A DNA stretch of 64,000 bases, taken from NCBI GenBank assembly GCA_963708075.1, contig OY970194.1, positions 1,792,001-1,856,000 of the forward strand, in the 5' to 3' direction. This DNA comes from Sedimentisphaerales bacterium. Lineage in GTDB: Bacteria > Planctomycetota > Phycisphaerae > Sedimentisphaerales > Anaerobacaceae. A program made the translations under genes and the position numbers. Positions 31,163 to 40,558 of this stretch are shown one piece after another; positions within the stretch are counted from its first letter, which is position 1, and each line of letters begins with the position of its first letter. The notes beneath the pieces are model-generated. The model searched no databases, had not been told where the DNA came from, and saw only the letters and a list, made by a program, of their open reading frames with translations.

Positions 31163-32281
31163 TTACCGACCCTGTGGCACGAGCAACTCGGCGTTCGCGA
31201 CCCACAGGGCAAAGTACGGCACCTTCGCATCCGTCCGCTGAATCATGACCAGGAAAGGCTTGTTGAAAACCATCCCGGGATGGCCGTTCTTGGTGGTAAA
31301 CGCCTCGGATTTGAGGACCGCACCTGTCTCATCCAGCTTGAAACGTACCTGCTGAACGGTGATCAGACGACGCAACTCGCTGTAGCGGCGTACCACATCG
31401 AAATCGATGACCGGAATGACCAAATGAGTCATATCTCGCATGCGCTGCGGTGCACCAATCCGCATGCGCTGCTGTACATCCCGCACGGTCTCCGACAGAG
31501 TCGCGGATGGCTGGACCTTCGCCAGAATCAGACGATCCGTCTGAGACCGGGTCTTCAATTCGATAATGAAGTCGTTGGGACCTCCGTCGTAGCAGATGGC
31601 CACCTGGCTGGCGGCCTTGACTTCCTCTTCGTCCGAGCGGTGAAGTTGGTGTATGCCGAACACCTCAACCGCATGACCGGCAAAGGTCAGGCTCCACTCC
31701 GGCAGCCGCTTGAAGGACCATTCGAACGGGAGTTCCTTGAGCAGAAACGCGTAAGCAACCCAAGTGCCACGTCCGAGCGAGCGGCGTTTAGGGAGGAACT
31801 CCGGCTTGACGCCTTGTCCGAACTTCTCATTCATTGCAGCGGCGATCCGGTTGAGGATATCGTCCGACCCGCCGGTCGGGTATCCGGCCATGGCCACACA
31901 ACTCGTCTCATCGAGGTCCGCCCGCGTCACAGCCTTGCGGTTCAAGGCCTCCACCATCTCCTGCGGACCCCGGGACTTGATCGGCCCGCCCAGGAGGTCG
32001 CACAACTCGTTCCACGCCACCTGGAACGTCGCACACCACAGGACGTTCTTATCGCCCCTGATCGCGCACTCCAGGTGAGGTGTCACGATGGTACCTTTCA
32101 ACGACTCAGCATCGAGCCTTCGCAAAGGCGACCCGCCGGCGGGTGCATACGTTGCCGGCTTCGTGTTTCGAGGCGAACCACCTCGCCACATACGGAGCGT
32201 CCGCGGGAGGTAGATCGCCCACAAAACGGCGGTGGCCGCCAACAGGGCCACACCCAACGCGTACTTCGCTCGAATAGACAT
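31163..32281 (-). CDS. membrane-anchored protein with serpin-like C-terminus
   Basis: N-terminal TM; QQVRFKLDETGAVLKSEA...FNKPFLVMI...PYFALWV resembles serpin hinge and signature. Confidence 0.6.
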   Translation of the reverse strand: MSIRAKYALGVALLAATAVLWAIYLPRTLRMWRGGSPRNTKPATYAPAGGSPLRRLDAESLKGTIVTPHLECAIRGDKNVLWCATFQVAWNELCDLLGGPIKSRGPQEMVEALNRKAVTRADLDETSCVAMAGYPTGGSDDILNRIAAAMNEKFGQGVKPEFLPKRRSLGRGTWVAYAFLLKELPFEWSFKRLPEWSLTFAGHAVEVFGIHQLHRSDEEEVKAASQVAICYDGGPNDFIIELKTRSQTDRLILAKVQPSATLSETVRDVQQRMRIGAPQRMRDMTHLVIPVIDFDVVRRYSELRRLITVQQVRFKLDETGAVLKSEAFTTKNGHPGMVFNKPFLVMIQRTDAKVPYFALWVANAELLVPQGR

Positions 32282-32339
32282 TCCAGCGATCTCCCACAAT
32301 AGTCAGACCAAGTTTCGTCCCGGGCGCAACCGAATACTC

Positions 32340-35108
32340 CTACTTGTCCGCGAGCCAGGAGGGGCCGCAGGTGGTGTCCACTTTGATGGGGACGTCGAAC
32401 TGGATGGCCGCGGACATGGCCTCGGAGATCCATTTGGCGTGGTCCCCGGCCTCGGCGGCGGGCAGCTCGAAGACCAGTTCATCGTGAACCTGCAGGATCA
32501 TCTGTATCGGAAGGTGCTCCGCCTCGATCCGCCGGTGGATGGTGAGCATGGCAAGCTTGATCATGTCCGCGGCGGAGCCCTGGATGACGGTATTGACGGC
32601 GAGACGCTCTGCCTGGGCCCGGCGGCCGGGGTTCTTGCTCTTGATGTCCAGGATTTGGCGCTTACGGCCGAGGATCGTCTCCGCGTAACCTGTTCGGCGG
32701 GCCTTCGCGATGCACTCGTCGATGAACGCCCGGATCGAGCCGTAGCGGGCGAAGTATTGCTCGATAAACTGCTTCGCCTCCGCGGGGCTGATGTGGATCG
32801 TGCGGGCCAGGCCCTGGGCCCCTTGCCCGTAGATGATGCCGAAATTGACGGTCTTGCACCGCGAGCGCATCTCGCTGGTCACCTTGTCCAGCGCCACATT
32901 GTAGATTTGCGACGCCACGAAGCGGTGAATATCCTGATCCGCGGCAAATGCCGCCCGCATCGCTTCATCTTTCGAGAAATGGGCGAGTAGCCGCAGCTCG
33001 ATCTGGCTGTAATCGGCGCTCAGGATGCAGTCGCCCTTCTTCGCCGGCACGAAGGCGGCCCGGATCTTGCGGCCGAGCTCCGTGCGGGCGGGGATGTTCT
33101 GCAGATTCGGATTGCTGGAGGACAGCCGGCCCGTCGCCGTGATCGTCTGATTGAACGAAGCGTGCAGCCGGTGCGTCCTTGGATCGATCAGCGAAGGAAG
33201 CTTGTCCACATACGTGTTCTTCAGTTTCGCCAGCGTGCGATATTCCAGGACCATCTCCGCGATCGGATGCTGGTCTGTAAGCTGTTCGAGAATCTCTGCG
33301 TCTGTGCTGCGGCCGCCCTTGCCGAACTGCCTCGACATAAGCTTGAGCCGGTCGAACAGCACTTCCGCGAGCTGCTTGGGCGAGTCGATGTTGAAGACTG
33401 TCCCCGCCTGTTCATAGATCCGCTCGGCGACATGATTCAGCGCCTCATCCAGTTCGCCGGACATTTGCCGCAGCATGCTGGTGTCGATGGAGACGCCGTT
33501 GTATTCCATCTCCGCCAGCACCTCGACCAGCGGCATCTCGACCTCGTGGAACAGCTTGCTGAGCTGCGGCTCGCGCTCCAACTTCTCCTTGAGACACAGG
33601 TAAAGCTGGTACGTAATATCGGCATCCTCCGCCGAGTATTCGCAGGCAGCAGCCAGATCGACCAGGTCGAACGTCAACTGGTTCTTCCCCTTGCCGATCA
33701 GGGCAACGATAGGCACACATTCGTATGCCAGAAAGTCCATCGCCAGGTTGTCCATCGAATGCGACATGCGCTCGGGATCGAGGCAATAGGAGGCCACCAT
33801 CGTATCGAAATAGACGCCCCGGACGGGCATCTGGGCATTTCGCAGCACGATCAAGTCGTACTTCAGGTTCTGGCCTATCTTCTGGACGCGCTCATCGGCC
33901 AGGATCGGGGCTAATTCCCGGCGGACCGTCGCAACATCCAGATGCGACGAGCCCAGCGGGCCTTTGACGGGCACATAGAACGCCCGATGTGGCTGCCAGC
34001 ACAGACTTACTCCGACCAGCTCCGCCCGTACCGCATTGACCGAGGTCGTCTCTGTATCGACGGAAATGAGCTTCTGCTTTCGCAGCTCCGCCATCATGGC
34101 CGCCAGCTTCTCGGCCGTATCGACCAGCGTGTACTGATGCGCCGTGGTCCCTGCGGAGGCCGGTTTCATGGAGTCGCGAGGGAGCAGCGGCGGCGGAAGT
34201 GGCGGCGCCTCGACTGCCGGCGCAGGATTGCCCGGGCTCTCTGCGGGGCTTTCCTGCGGATTGAGCTTGCTCAGAAGCCGATGGAATCCGAGCTCGCTGA
34301 AGACCGCCGTGAGTTTCTCCTTGTCCGGCTCCTTCACCGCAAACGCCTCGTAGTCCATCTCCAGCGGAACCTCGCAATCGAGTGTGACGAGGCCCCGACT
34401 GACGTATGCCTGTTCCCTGGAGCTACGAAGGTTCTCGCCCCGCTTGCCTTTGATCTCGTCGATATGGGTGTAAAGGTTATCGAGGTCGCCGTAGGTGCGG
34501 ATCAGCTCCCGGGCGGTCTTCTCCCCGATCAGAGGCACGCCGGGCACGTTGTCCACGGCGTCGCCCTCCAGGGCCAGGCAATCAACGATCTGCCCCGGCG
34601 TGATCCCCATCTCCGCCTTCATCACTTGACTGTCGATCACCTTGCCCGTCTTGACATCGAACACCCGTATATGACCGTCGAGCAGTTGCAGAATGTCCTT
34701 ATCCTTCGAGCAGATGAACACCTCGACTCCGTCGGCGGCGGCCTTCCTCGCCAGCGTCCCGATGATGTCGTCCGCCTCGAAGCCGTCCATCCGCAAGACC
34801 GGGATCCGCATCGCCTCCAGGACCTGCTCGATCCGCTTGACCTGCACGGGCATATCATCCGGCATCGGCGGCCGGTGGGCCTTGTACTCCGCAAAGACGG
34901 TGCTCCGGTGCGTCGGGGCGGCACTATCCAGGGCCACGACGAGCATGTCCGGCTTCTGCTTCTCCAGGAGCCCAACCATGGCCGTCGTGAAGATATACGT
35001 CGCCTTGGTCGGCTCGCCGCTCGGGCTGGTCAGCCGCTGCTTCATCGGAGCGTAGTAAGCCGCGTAGATGTGAGCGTGGCCATCGATGATATAGAGTGTC
35101 TTCGCCAT
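32340..35108 (-). CDS. polA: DNA polymerase I
   Basis: LYIIDG, FEADDIIG, DTETT, TGRLSSSNPNLQNIP, ADYSQIELR, NFGIIYG, QGSAAD, QVHDEL. Confidence 0.98.
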   Translation of the reverse strand: MAKTLYIIDGHAHIYAAYYAPMKQRLTSPSGEPTKATYIFTTAMVGLLEKQKPDMLVVALDSAAPTHRSTVFAEYKAHRPPMPDDMPVQVKRIEQVLEAMRIPVLRMDGFEADDIIGTLARKAAADGVEVFICSKDKDILQLLDGHIRVFDVKTGKVIDSQVMKAEMGITPGQIVDCLALEGDAVDNVPGVPLIGEKTARELIRTYGDLDNLYTHIDEIKGKRGENLRSSREQAYVSRGLVTLDCEVPLEMDYEAFAVKEPDKEKLTAVFSELGFHRLLSKLNPQESPAESPGNPAPAVEAPPLPPPLLPRDSMKPASAGTTAHQYTLVDTAEKLAAMMAELRKQKLISVDTETTSVNAVRAELVGVSLCWQPHRAFYVPVKGPLGSSHLDVATVRRELAPILADERVQKIGQNLKYDLIVLRNAQMPVRGVYFDTMVASYCLDPERMSHSMDNLAMDFLAYECVPIVALIGKGKNQLTFDLVDLAAACEYSAEDADITYQLYLCLKEKLEREPQLSKLFHEVEMPLVEVLAEMEYNGVSIDTSMLRQMSGELDEALNHVAERIYEQAGTVFNIDSPKQLAEVLFDRLKLMSRQFGKGGRSTDAEILEQLTDQHPIAEMVLEYRTLAKLKNTYVDKLPSLIDPRTHRLHASFNQTITATGRLSSSNPNLQNIPARTELGRKIRAAFVPAKKGDCILSADYSQIELRLLAHFSKDEAMRAAFAADQDIHRFVASQIYNVALDKVTSEMRSRCKTVNFGIIYGQGAQGLARTIHISPAEAKQFIEQYFARYGSIRAFIDECIAKARRTGYAETILGRKRQILDIKSKNPGRRAQAERLAVNTVIQGSAADMIKLAMLTIHRRIEAEHLPIQMILQVHDELVFELPAAEAGDHAKWISEAMSAAIQFDVPIKVDTTCGPSWLADK

Positions 35109-35115
35109 CCATAGT

Positions 35116-35144
35116 ATTCTACGAATCCGGGTTCGCCCCGTCAA
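35116..35144 (-). promoter_or_regulatory. sigma70 promoter of polA (leaderless geometry)
   Basis: TTGACG-N17-TAGAAT ending 7 nt before ATG 35108; no SD. Confidence 0.6.
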
Positions 35145-35265
35145 GGCACCCGCCGTTCAGCAATCGCCCTGTTGACAACGCACGCCTGCCGTCGTATCAT
35201 CACCGCCCGTAGTGCCGGAGCGTTCCGGCATTATAGAGTTTGGAGGTCCTTGTTTGGAGAAAAGT

Positions 35266-36012
35266 ATGAGCATGTCTGTCAAGTCTTGTGGTATTGTCCT
35301 GGGGTTGGTTTCTGCGCTGCTTGTGCCCGCGGCAGCCAATGAAGCCGTATCCACGACCAATTTCATGGTCGATGGCTTCTACGGGAACATCGATGGCGAA
35401 ACGGGCAAAGGCGTCGGTGGTCTGGCGGCGGTTCCCCTCGGCGACAGTTACGGCCTGCAGGTCGATGGCCTGTACGGCGAGGTCAACCCGGACGATATCA
35501 AGGGGGCCGGCCTGCATACCTTCTGGCGCAAGTCCACGCTGGGACTTGTCGGGCTGACCGCCAGTCTGGCGGAATGGGAGAATAGCGAGGCCATCCGGGT
35601 CGGGGCAGAGGGCGAGTACTACTGGGATCAGTTTACATTCGGCGGCTTCGGGGGGCATCAGAGTGGCGACGTCGACGACTCATGGTACGGCGGGCTCGTA
35701 GGCCGCTTCTATCCGCTCGAGGATCTGATGTTGTCGGCGGCAGCCACGACAACGGACGATTTCGAAGTATACATCTTCGGGGTCGAATACCAGACCCCCG
35801 TTCCCGGCCTGTGCGTTTTCGCGACCGTGGCAGCGGGCGAAGATGATTACGACCACACCCTTTTCGGCGTGCAGTACTACTTCGGCGGCTCTCAGAAGAC
35901 GCTCATTCGGCGGCACCGCGAGGACAACGTCGCCGTCAATCTCTTTGGCAATCTGCTCGGGGCGGTGGCAGGCGTGAGCGAACCGCCGGTGCCGGAGCCA
36001 GAGCCGGACTGA
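35266..36012 (+). CDS. putative outer-membrane beta-barrel protein
   Basis: signal peptide; alternating G/aromatic beta strands (VGAEGEYYW, GVEYQ, FGVQYYFG). Confidence 0.7.
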   Translation: MSMSVKSCGIVLGLVSALLVPAAANEAVSTTNFMVDGFYGNIDGETGKGVGGLAAVPLGDSYGLQVDGLYGEVNPDDIKGAGLHTFWRKSTLGLVGLTASLAEWENSEAIRVGAEGEYYWDQFTFGGFGGHQSGDVDDSWYGGLVGRFYPLEDLMLSAAATTTDDFEVYIFGVEYQTPVPGLCVFATVAAGEDDYDHTLFGVQYYFGGSQKTLIRRHREDNVAVNLFGNLLGAVAGVSEPPVPEPEPD

Positions 36013-36062
36013 TCAAGTCTGTGAACGGCCAGACACGGCGCGTGAATTCGCTAAACTCGCGA

Positions 36063-36091
36063 TTGACAGCAGCCGAGAATTCTGGTAGAAA
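36063..36091 (+). promoter_or_regulatory. sigma70 promoter P1 of the ileS leader
   Basis: TTGACA-N17-TAGAAA with extended -10 TG. Confidence 0.65.
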
Positions 36092-36124
36092 CGTGATGAG
36101 ATGTACGTTCGTAGAAAGATTCAC

Positions 36125-36226
36125 ATGCGAACAGTGATGGGTAGACAATTCAGGGCGGTGATCGGGACCGAGCGGATCGCTATCGGTCTGATCATAATTA
36201 TTGGCGGGAGAAGAAAGCTGCCCTGA
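36125..36226 (+). CDS. Ile-rich attenuator leader peptide MRTVMGRQFRAVIGTERIAIGLIIIIGGRRKLP (alternative start 36137)
   Basis: 7 Ile codons including tandem ATC ATA ATT ATT (36191..36202); lies between promoter and terminator upstream of ileS. Confidence 0.85.
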   Translation: MRTVMGRQFRAVIGTERIAIGLIIIIGGRRKLP

Positions 36227-36250
36227 GAATGCTTATATCGAGTTGACGTG

Positions 36251-36290
36251 AAGCCTTCCAGAGCAGCAGACTCCGGAAGGCTTTTTTATT
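36251..36290 (+). terminator. intrinsic terminator (attenuator 3:4 hairpin)
   Basis: AAGCCTTCC-A-GAG/CTC-C-GGAAGGCTT stem followed by TTTTATT. Confidence 0.9.
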
Positions 36291-36302
36291 GGAGCAGAGA
36301 CG

Positions 36303-36407
36303 ATGCAGACGCAGGCAGTGATCCGCAAGGCGACGCGGCGGGATCTGGATGCGATCGTCGCGCTGGCACAGGAGTTGATGGACTTCCACAAGGCCCTCGA
36401 CCTGTAG
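36303..36407 (+). pseudogene. truncated GNAT acetyltransferase N-terminus (34 aa)
   Basis: GGAG RBS; MQTQAVIRKATRRDLDAIVALAQELMDFHKALDL matches the GNAT IRxAxxxD...L start, then stops. Confidence 0.55.
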
Positions 36408-36436
36408 TTGACATAGGCGTCGTGCAGACTTATGAT
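36408..36436 (+). promoter_or_regulatory. sigma70 promoter P2 directly upstream of ileS
   Basis: TTGACA-N17-TATGAT. Confidence 0.7.
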
Positions 36437-36474
36437 GCGTCATTTACTCTTGGGAGCCTTTGAGGACGTTGATA

Positions 36475-39340
36475 ATGTCGGATGACCAGAAGCATAATTA
36501 TCGCGATACATTGAATCTGCCTCAGACGAGCTTTGCGATGAAGGCGAACCTGGTGCAGCGCGAGCCGCAGATGCGCAAGCGCTGGGCTGAGCAGAAGATT
36601 TACGCCCGGATTCGCGAGGCCCGCAAGGGCGCTCCGCTCTATATCCTGCACGACGGCCCGCCGTACGCCAACGGCGACATCCACATGGGCCACGTGATCA
36701 ACAAGGTCCTCAAGGATTTCGTGGTCAAGTACCGGACGATGATGGGCTTCGACGCGCCGTACATCCCCGGCTGGGACTGCCACGGGCTGCCCATCGAGTC
36801 GAAGGTGATGACCGATCTCGGCGAGAAGGCCAAATCCATGCCCAAGCAGGAAATCCGCCGGGACTGCATGAAGTACGCGGGCAAGTACGTGAAGATCCAG
36901 AGCCGGCAGTTCCAGGACCTCGGCGTGTTCGGAGACTTCGACAACCCGTACCTGACGTTCAAGCCGAGCTACGAGGCGGGAATCCTCGAAGTCTTCGCCG
37001 AGATGGTCGGCAAGGGTCTCGTCTATAAGCAGCTCAAGCCGATCCACTGGTGCATCGGGTGCGAGACGGCCCTGGCGGAGGCGGAACTGGAGTACAAGGA
37101 TGTTGCCTCGCCGAGCATCTTCGTCAATTTCCCCACCACGGATGAGACGACAAAGCGACTGGTCGAAATGGGCTTGGTGACAAGCGAGCAGGCGCAGCAG
37201 GCCCAGGTCTGTCTCATGATCTGGACGACGACGCCGTGGACGCTGGCGGCAAACCTGGCGGTCGCCGTGCACCCATTCCTCGATTACACGGCTATCAGCT
37301 ACCAGAAAGACGGCCGCAAATTCGTGTCCGTCGTCGCCACCGAGCGTGTCAATGCCGTGGTGCGGGCCGGCGGGCTAAAGGAAGGTGAGTATCACGTCGC
37401 CGAAGCGAAGGTACGTGGCAGCGATTTGGAGGGCTTGCGATACAAGCACCCATTCGTCGACTGGAATCCGACCGACAAAGACGCCTATATGGTGGTCCTG
37501 GCCGACTACGTCACTATCGAGGACGGCACCGGCCTCGTGCACACGGCGCCCGGGCACGGCCTGGAAGACTACATGTCGGGCCAGAAATATGGCTTGGCGG
37601 TGTATTCGCCGGTCATGGACGACGGCCGGTACGACGATACGGTACCGCCATGGCTTCGCGGCCGGTGCGTGCTCGACGTGGAAAAAGACGTGAACAACTA
37701 CCTGCGCGAGCACGGCTGGCTGTTCGCCCAGGGCGAGATCCAGCACAGCTATCCGCACTGCTGGCGAAGCCGGGACCCCGTGATCTTTCGCGCGACGGAG
37801 CAGTGGTTTGTCGGCGTGGACAAGCCCCTGCCCGATGTCGGCAAGACCCTTCGCCAGATGGCGATGGAGAGCGTCGAGCAAGTCCAGTGGATTCCCGCGT
37901 GGGGCCAGAAGCGAATCGCGGGCATGCTCGAATCGCGCCCGGACTGGTGCATCAGCCGCCAGCGAAGCTGGGGCCTGCCGATCCCGGTCTTTGTCATGCC
38001 GGATGGCCGGCCGCTGCTGACAAAGGAATCGGTCCTGGCCGTCGCCCGCCATACCGAGAAGCACGGCTCCGATAGCTGGTTCACGCACTCGCCTCGACAA
38101 ATCCTTGGCGACGATTTCCCGCTGCCGGCGGGCTTCAACCTCGACGAACTCCAAAAGGAAGAGAACATCTTCGATGTGTGGTTCGAGTCCGGCTGCAGTT
38201 GGTACAGCGTCTGCCAGCGACGCGAGCACTGGCCCGTGCCGGTGGATATGTACCTTGAAGGCTCGGACCAGCACCGCGGCTGGTTCCAGCTCTCCCTGCT
38301 GCCTGCACTCGGGGCCATCGAGAAGCCTCCGTTTAGGAGCGTCCTGACTCACGGCTTCACCGTCGATGAGAAGGGAATGAAGCAATCGAAATCGCTCGGC
38401 AATTACGTGAATGCGCAAGATGAGATCACCAAGTACGGCTCTGATATCCTGCGACTGTGGGTTCTCGAGCGTAAACTACCAGGAGGATGTTCGCTGCACG
38501 GACGAGTTGATCGGCAGGACGCAGGACGCGTATCGCAAAATTCGCAACACGCTGCGATACCTCTTCGGCAACATCGACGACTTCGATCCGGGCAAAGACG
38601 CCGTGCCCTACGAGCAGATGCTCGAGATCGACCAGTGGGCCATGCAGCGGCTTCAAAAGCTTATCGCCGAGGTCACCGAGGCGTACGACAGCTTCACGTT
38701 CCATCGCGTCTTCTCGCTGGCGTACAACTTCTGCTCCGTCGAGATGAGCAGCATCTACATGGACGTGCTGAAGGACCGCATGTATTGCGACCCGGCGGGC
38801 AGCCCCTCCCGCCGCAGCGGCCAAACGGCCATGTATCATGTCCTCAGCACAGTTGTGCGAATGTTCGCGCCGGTCCTCGTGCACACGGCGGAAGAGGCCT
38901 GGGAGGCGATGAAGGTCAAGCCCGAGGCCTGCGACAGCGTTCACCTGGCCCACATGCCCAAGGTCGATCCTTCCATCGACTACGCCGGTCAGGAACCGAA
39001 GTGGGAAAAGTTGATGGGCTTGCGTGATGAAGTCCTGCGGGTCCTCGAAGGCCTGCGCCGCGACAAGATCATCGCGAGCAATCAGGAGGCCTCCATCACG
39101 ATGCATTGCACGCCGGAAGACGCCGAGGCGTTGAAGCAGTTCGGCATCCCGCAATTCGCTGCCCTGTGCATCGTCAGCGAGGTCAAGCTCGAAGAAGGCG
39201 CTGTGCAAACGACCGTCACCGCCGGCAAGAGCCCCCATCCCAAGTGCCAGCGTTGCTGGAACTACTGGCCGAGCGTGGGTACGAGCGCCGAGCACCCCGA
39301 CATCTGCGACCGCTGCGCCAGCGTGGTTCGCGGGCGGTAG
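36475..39340 (+). CDS. ileS: isoleucine--tRNA ligase, type 1 (one extra base near 38462)
   Basis: LHDGPPYANGDIHMGH, WTTTPWT, GTGLVH, DWCISRQR, EGSDQHRGWF, KQSKS, C-terminal CQRC...CDRC zinc site; 2866 nt = 3n+1. Confidence 0.96.
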
Positions 39341-39381
39341 GCCGGAGCCAAAGGACTGACTGCCATGACCAGATGCAGTTG

Positions 39382-39762
39382 CTACACCATGAAGAGCCGA
39401 TCCACATGCTTTCTGGTCAGCCGGTAGTCGCTGAGCCTGGCGCAGCCTCTTGGGGCTGTGCTGACCATGCTCTTCGGGATAAGAAATACCTGGGAGCTGT
39501 TAAGGCAAACCTCCCCGTTGCTAGCACAGAGCTTTACGACCGCCAAGATGTGATATCGTTCAGGAAGATCCCTGGCACTGTACGAGTTCCCTGTCGTGGT
39601 CTTGACCTGGATTGCCTTGAACACTCCCTTGCGAACCGCGATGAGGTCATTACCCGAGTCTTTCAGTGGTGGGGCAGCCTGAACCCCGAATTGGAGCAGG
39701 CGAATCTGGACAAGTAATTCCCCAAGTGCACCTGTGTTCATTTTATCCGGAAGGTCATTCAT
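39382..39762 (-). CDS. small PD-(D/E)XK-type nuclease-like protein (start uncertain)
   Basis: GALGE...GNDLIA...AIQVKT fits the E...D...QxK signature. Confidence 0.6.
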   Translation of the reverse strand: MNDLPDKMNTGALGELLVQIRLLQFGVQAAPPLKDSGNDLIAVRKGVFKAIQVKTTTGNSYSARDLPERYHILAVVKLCASNGEVCLNSSQVFLIPKSMVSTAPRGCARLSDYRLTRKHVDRLFMV

Positions 39763-39815
39763 CTTTGCTGTTCCCGACATCTGACATAGTAAGAAAGACG
39801 TTAGGATGCTCATCT

Positions 39816-40394
39816 TCAAATCTGACTGGTCTGCGATGACGGTTGCTTCGCGCGATCCAGAAGAGATTGCACAAATTCAATGGTCCCTTCATAATCTGGG
39901 GAATTGGCGCCGACTGTCAAGCCATCAATCAGTGTCTGCACATCGTCGAGAGAAGGCGACAGGACATAACCGAGGACCTTCTCTTCCACCATGTTCAGGG
40001 TGTGATCGATGATTTTCTGGCTGACTCCAAGACTCCTAAGGAGACTCACAACAGGCTCTCGATTGCCACCCACAAACATGCGTTTCTCGAATATAACGAA
40101 GTGGCCTTTTCTTAGCTCCCAGTCACCTGGCTCTATCCAGAATCTCCAGCCGCAGAAACCTGGAATGTTGCTGAGGAAAGAGCCCAATGTATCCAGACCA
40201 TCATAATCGTCTCCTTCTGCAACTTGCACTTGTGCAGATGCATCCTGGCTGGCAAACAGCCCAAGGTGTACCATTTTCTCCGTGCCTTCATATGGGACCG
40301 CTTCATACCAAGGGTCGGCATGTATACCGCTCTCGCTCATACATCTGAAGAACTCCCTGCATTGCTCTAAGGTCAGTTCGTTTCTGATGTCCAT
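39816..40394 (-). CDS. hypothetical protein
   Basis: GGGAGG RBS; open ORF in a visibly AT-richer segment. Confidence 0.6.
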   Translation of the reverse strand: MDIRNELTLEQCREFFRCMSESGIHADPWYEAVPYEGTEKMVHLGLFASQDASAQVQVAEGDDYDGLDTLGSFLSNIPGFCGWRFWIEPGDWELRKGHFVIFEKRMFVGGNREPVVSLLRSLGVSQKIIDHTLNMVEEKVLGYVLSPSLDDVQTLIDGLTVGANSPDYEGTIEFVQSLLDRAKQPSSQTSQI

Positions 40395-40558
40395 CATCAT
40401 GCCTCCCAACACAAACGCACTTCCGTAGGCAGTCTTCGCGCAATCACACTATATCGGACCGATTCCGTGGCGACTTGAGGATCGCCCGAGAGCTGTCAGA
40501 GAATTGGGCCGTAGAAAGGCTGCACCGCGAGGTCAATGAGGCGGCAGATTTGCAGATA

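Noticed and set aside
29026..31230. Long antisense ORFs (also 9058..10614, 17249..18745, 24559..26175, 27133..28686, 50271..51782, 55763..57103)
   Set aside because: Shadow frames of well-supported genes in GC-rich DNA, with no recognisable motifs
36060..36475. T-box riboswitch upstream of ileS
   Set aside because: No T-box consensus (GGTGGNACCGCG) or specifier stem was found; the leader peptide and alternative hairpins explain the region
38411..39340. Split or programmed-frameshift ileS
   Set aside because: No slippery sequence; deleting one base restores the conserved protein, and the same error context occurs in panD and folK
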